The notes under the pieces are model-generated. The model saw only the letters and a program-made list of their open reading frames with translations, was not told the DNA's origin and did not search any database. This document shows, one piece after another, positions 62,269-64,000 of a stretch of DNA of 64,000 nucleotides; positions within the stretch are counted from its first letter, which is position 1, and each line of letters opens with the position of its first letter. Source of the stretch: an uncultured Ignavibacteriota bacterium (GTDB taxonomy: Bacteria > Bacteroidota > Ignavibacteria > Tepidaquicellales > Tepidaquicellaceae); NCBI GenBank assembly GCA_937959065.1, contig CALGOI010000379.1, positions 2,556 to 66,555 of the forward strand, written 5' to 3'. A program made the translations under genes and the position numbers.

Positions 62269-64000
62269 ATGGGTCTTATCAATCAGGAAACCTATGACAA
62301 GTTCAATGGGCGGTATATAGCCCGGCTATATGAAAGCCACCTGCTTGGCCAGGATGTTGAAAGCCATCTTGACGATCTGTTTGGTGGATTTACCGGTTCC
62401 CAGAAGTTGAACTTAAAGATATTCTCCAAACGACAGGAGATGAGCGAGGATTTATCTCGGGACATAATACAAGATCCGGTGTTCCTGACAGCGGTAAGGT
62501 TAATGCAAACCGAACAAAATGCCGCAATACTGAAGTACCTTAATAAGGTTTCAGAGGACCCTAATTTGGTTAGTGATGAGGCAAAGCCCGGATTTAATAA
62601 ACTTGAGGGTGCGGGTAAGTTTAAGAACATTCCTATTTATGGAGACTTGACCAATAAGTATGTGGCCCACCACATAGCGGAAGACCTTCGGGGCTACTTC
62701 TTTTCGAATAAGTTCCTTCAGGGAGGGTATGAGTTTCTTCGGTATTATGACCGAATTAAGCCCCGGCAGTTCTACAAAAAGTGGAACACGATATATGCCC
62801 CGCCTGTAATACTTGGAAACGCATCGTCCAACGTGGTGTTTGCGGCCCTGCATGGCATCGATCCTGTCAACTACCTAAGCCACGTTCCGGAGGCAATAAA
62901 ACAGGTTAAGAACGCTACTGGTAAACACTTTGAGGCAGCGGTTAGGCAGGGAACACTTGGGAGCAACGTTATTACAGCAGACTTCCGGCCTGTTACGTCT
63001 GCTGCTGAAGCTCGCATCAAGGTAATGGATCAGGCTAAGTCCGAGACATGGGGTAGGGCTATCTCTGCCCTAAAGAAAGTGTACGGATGGACAGACAAGA
63101 AAGCCACCGGTTTTTATCAGGGAACCGATGATGTGGCTAAGGTTGCGGCCATGATAACACTTATGAAAGACTATGGTTATTCTGAAGAAGCGGCCGCAAT
63201 GAAAGTTTACGAAGCTTTTCAGAACTACGCAACGGTAGGAAAGCTATGGGATGTGGCAAGTAAAACCCCTCTTGTTGGACCGGTGTATGTGAAGTTTCAG
63301 GCTGACCTACAGAGAATATTGAAAAACGCTGCGCTTAAACGACCACTTACCACGGCCGGCATTGTTATGATGTACCATTACATGGCGTACTTTGCCTCTC
63401 AATCAATGGATGAAGAGGATATAGAGCGGGAGATAAGGGAGAACAGGTCGTTCATCCCGAAGATACCCTTTCCTGAAGCGCTTGGCGGGAACGTGCCGCT
63501 AACATTTATGACACCGATAGGCGAAGTAAACCTTGCCCGGTATATGTCTCCGTTTTACATATACGATATGGGCGACACGGAGCACCCAATAGAGTATTGG
63601 TCTAAATTCCTGCCTTATCAACTACAGGTTGTTGAAAAAGCGCAGGTTGGCACTGCTTCCACTTATATGTCTCGGGGCGATGTGCTGATGGGGCCGCTTA
63701 TAGATGTTTGGCTGGACACAGATTTTAGGGGTGTGTCTATTGAGGATCCGGGCGCTACCCGATACACGCCTTCAGGAGTCACAGAAGAAGAAAAGTGGTA
63801 CAATGATGCAAACTATCTTCTTCGTGGTTATTTGCCGTTTTACAGGAGCGGAAATGACATCTACCTCACAATGAAGTATGGTGAGGATTATTATGGTCGC
63901 CACAGGGATATTACCCAGGTCATAATAAATCAATTCATAAAGGTTCAGGATGTAACCGATTCCGATTACTTGAATTGGGCGACCCGTGCGGTTAAGAATG
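62269..64000 (+). CDS. Large hypothetical virion-module protein, 3'-truncated by the window end
   Basis: From the ATG at 62269 (MGLINQETYDKFNGRYIARLYE...) the frame stays open to nt 64000. It is absent from the ORF track because no stop lies within the window. Confidence 0.5.
   Translation, partial: MGLINQETYDKFNGRYIARLYESHLLGQDVESHLDDLFGGFTGSQKLNLKIFSKRQEMSEDLSRDIIQDPVFLTAVRLMQTEQNAAILKYLNKVSEDPNLVSDEAKPGFNKLEGAGKFKNIPIYGDLTNKYVAHHIAEDLRGYFFSNKFLQGGYEFLRYYDRIKPRQFYKKWNTIYAPPVILGNASSNVVFAALHGIDPVNYLSHVPEAIKQVKNATGKHFEAAVRQGTLGSNVITADFRPVTSAAEARIKVMDQAKSETWGRAISALKKVYGWTDKKATGFYQGTDDVAKVAAMITLMKDYGYSEEAAAMKVYEAFQNYATVGKLWDVASKTPLVGPVYVKFQADLQRILKNAALKRPLTTAGIVMMYHYMAYFASQSMDEEDIEREIRENRSFIPKIPFPEALGGNVPLTFMTPIGEVNLARYMSPFYIYDMGDTEHPIEYWSKFLPYQLQVVEKAQVGTASTYMSRGDVLMGPLIDVWLDTDFRGVSIEDPGATRYTPSGVTEEEKWYNDANYLLRGYLPFYRSGNDIYLTMKYGEDYYGRHRDITQVIINQFIKVQDVTDSDYLNWATRAVKN

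Noticed and set aside
1-64000. CRISPR array, reverse transcriptase (DGR or retron), rRNA
   Set aside because: No regularly spaced direct repeats were seen. No ORF has the YxDD reverse-transcriptase motif context, and there is no rRNA-like sequence. The collagen and EEPK repeats are coding low-complexity sequence.

Overview
This window reads as part of a tailed dsDNA phage or prophage genome; no rRNA, canonical tRNA, CRISPR array or reverse transcriptase was seen.

Layout:
- 1-1.9 kb (+): lysis genes, an endolysin and a membrane protein.
- 2-11.3 kb (+): replication and auxiliary genes. These include DnaB, an SSB-like protein with a DDDLPF tail, a RusA-like protein, an HD hydrolase, Gp37/Gp68, and a groES-orf-groEL operon.
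- 11.3-16.5 kb (+): a visibly AT-richer island. It holds a cytosine-5 DNA methyltransferase split by a 3,263-bp IS1595-family element with an 8-bp target duplication, imperfect terminal inverted repeats and passenger genes.
- 16.4-23.0 kb: a 6.5-kb segment bracketed by 46-bp perfect inverted repeats. The start codon of a Xer-like tyrosine recombinase lies inside the left copy.
- 19.3-34 kb (-): a leftward block of small genes, including a second AT-richer island (23.0-27.1 kb), an aberrant tRNA-like element and long non-coding spacers.
- 34-64 kb (+): the morphogenesis module. It has TerL, portal, scaffold-like, capsid-like, two collagen-repeat fibre proteins and two ~1,535-aa virion proteins, and the last ORF runs off the window.

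Main lead: both AT-richer islands look like arrays of short co-directional ORFs. Each ORF is followed, within 0-11 nt of its stop (two exceptions), by an imperfect hairpin closed by AAC...GTT(R). Two copies show a compensatory base change. Both arrays end at a copy of the recombinase-linked repeat, which itself begins AAC|G. This resembles integron attC/attI logic combined with an invertible module. That reading is inference from hand alignment, and ordinary terminators or shared leaders remain the null explanation.

Limits: product calls rest on motifs recognised by eye. Structural gene calls rest mostly on size and order. All counts were made by hand, and no search or folding was run.
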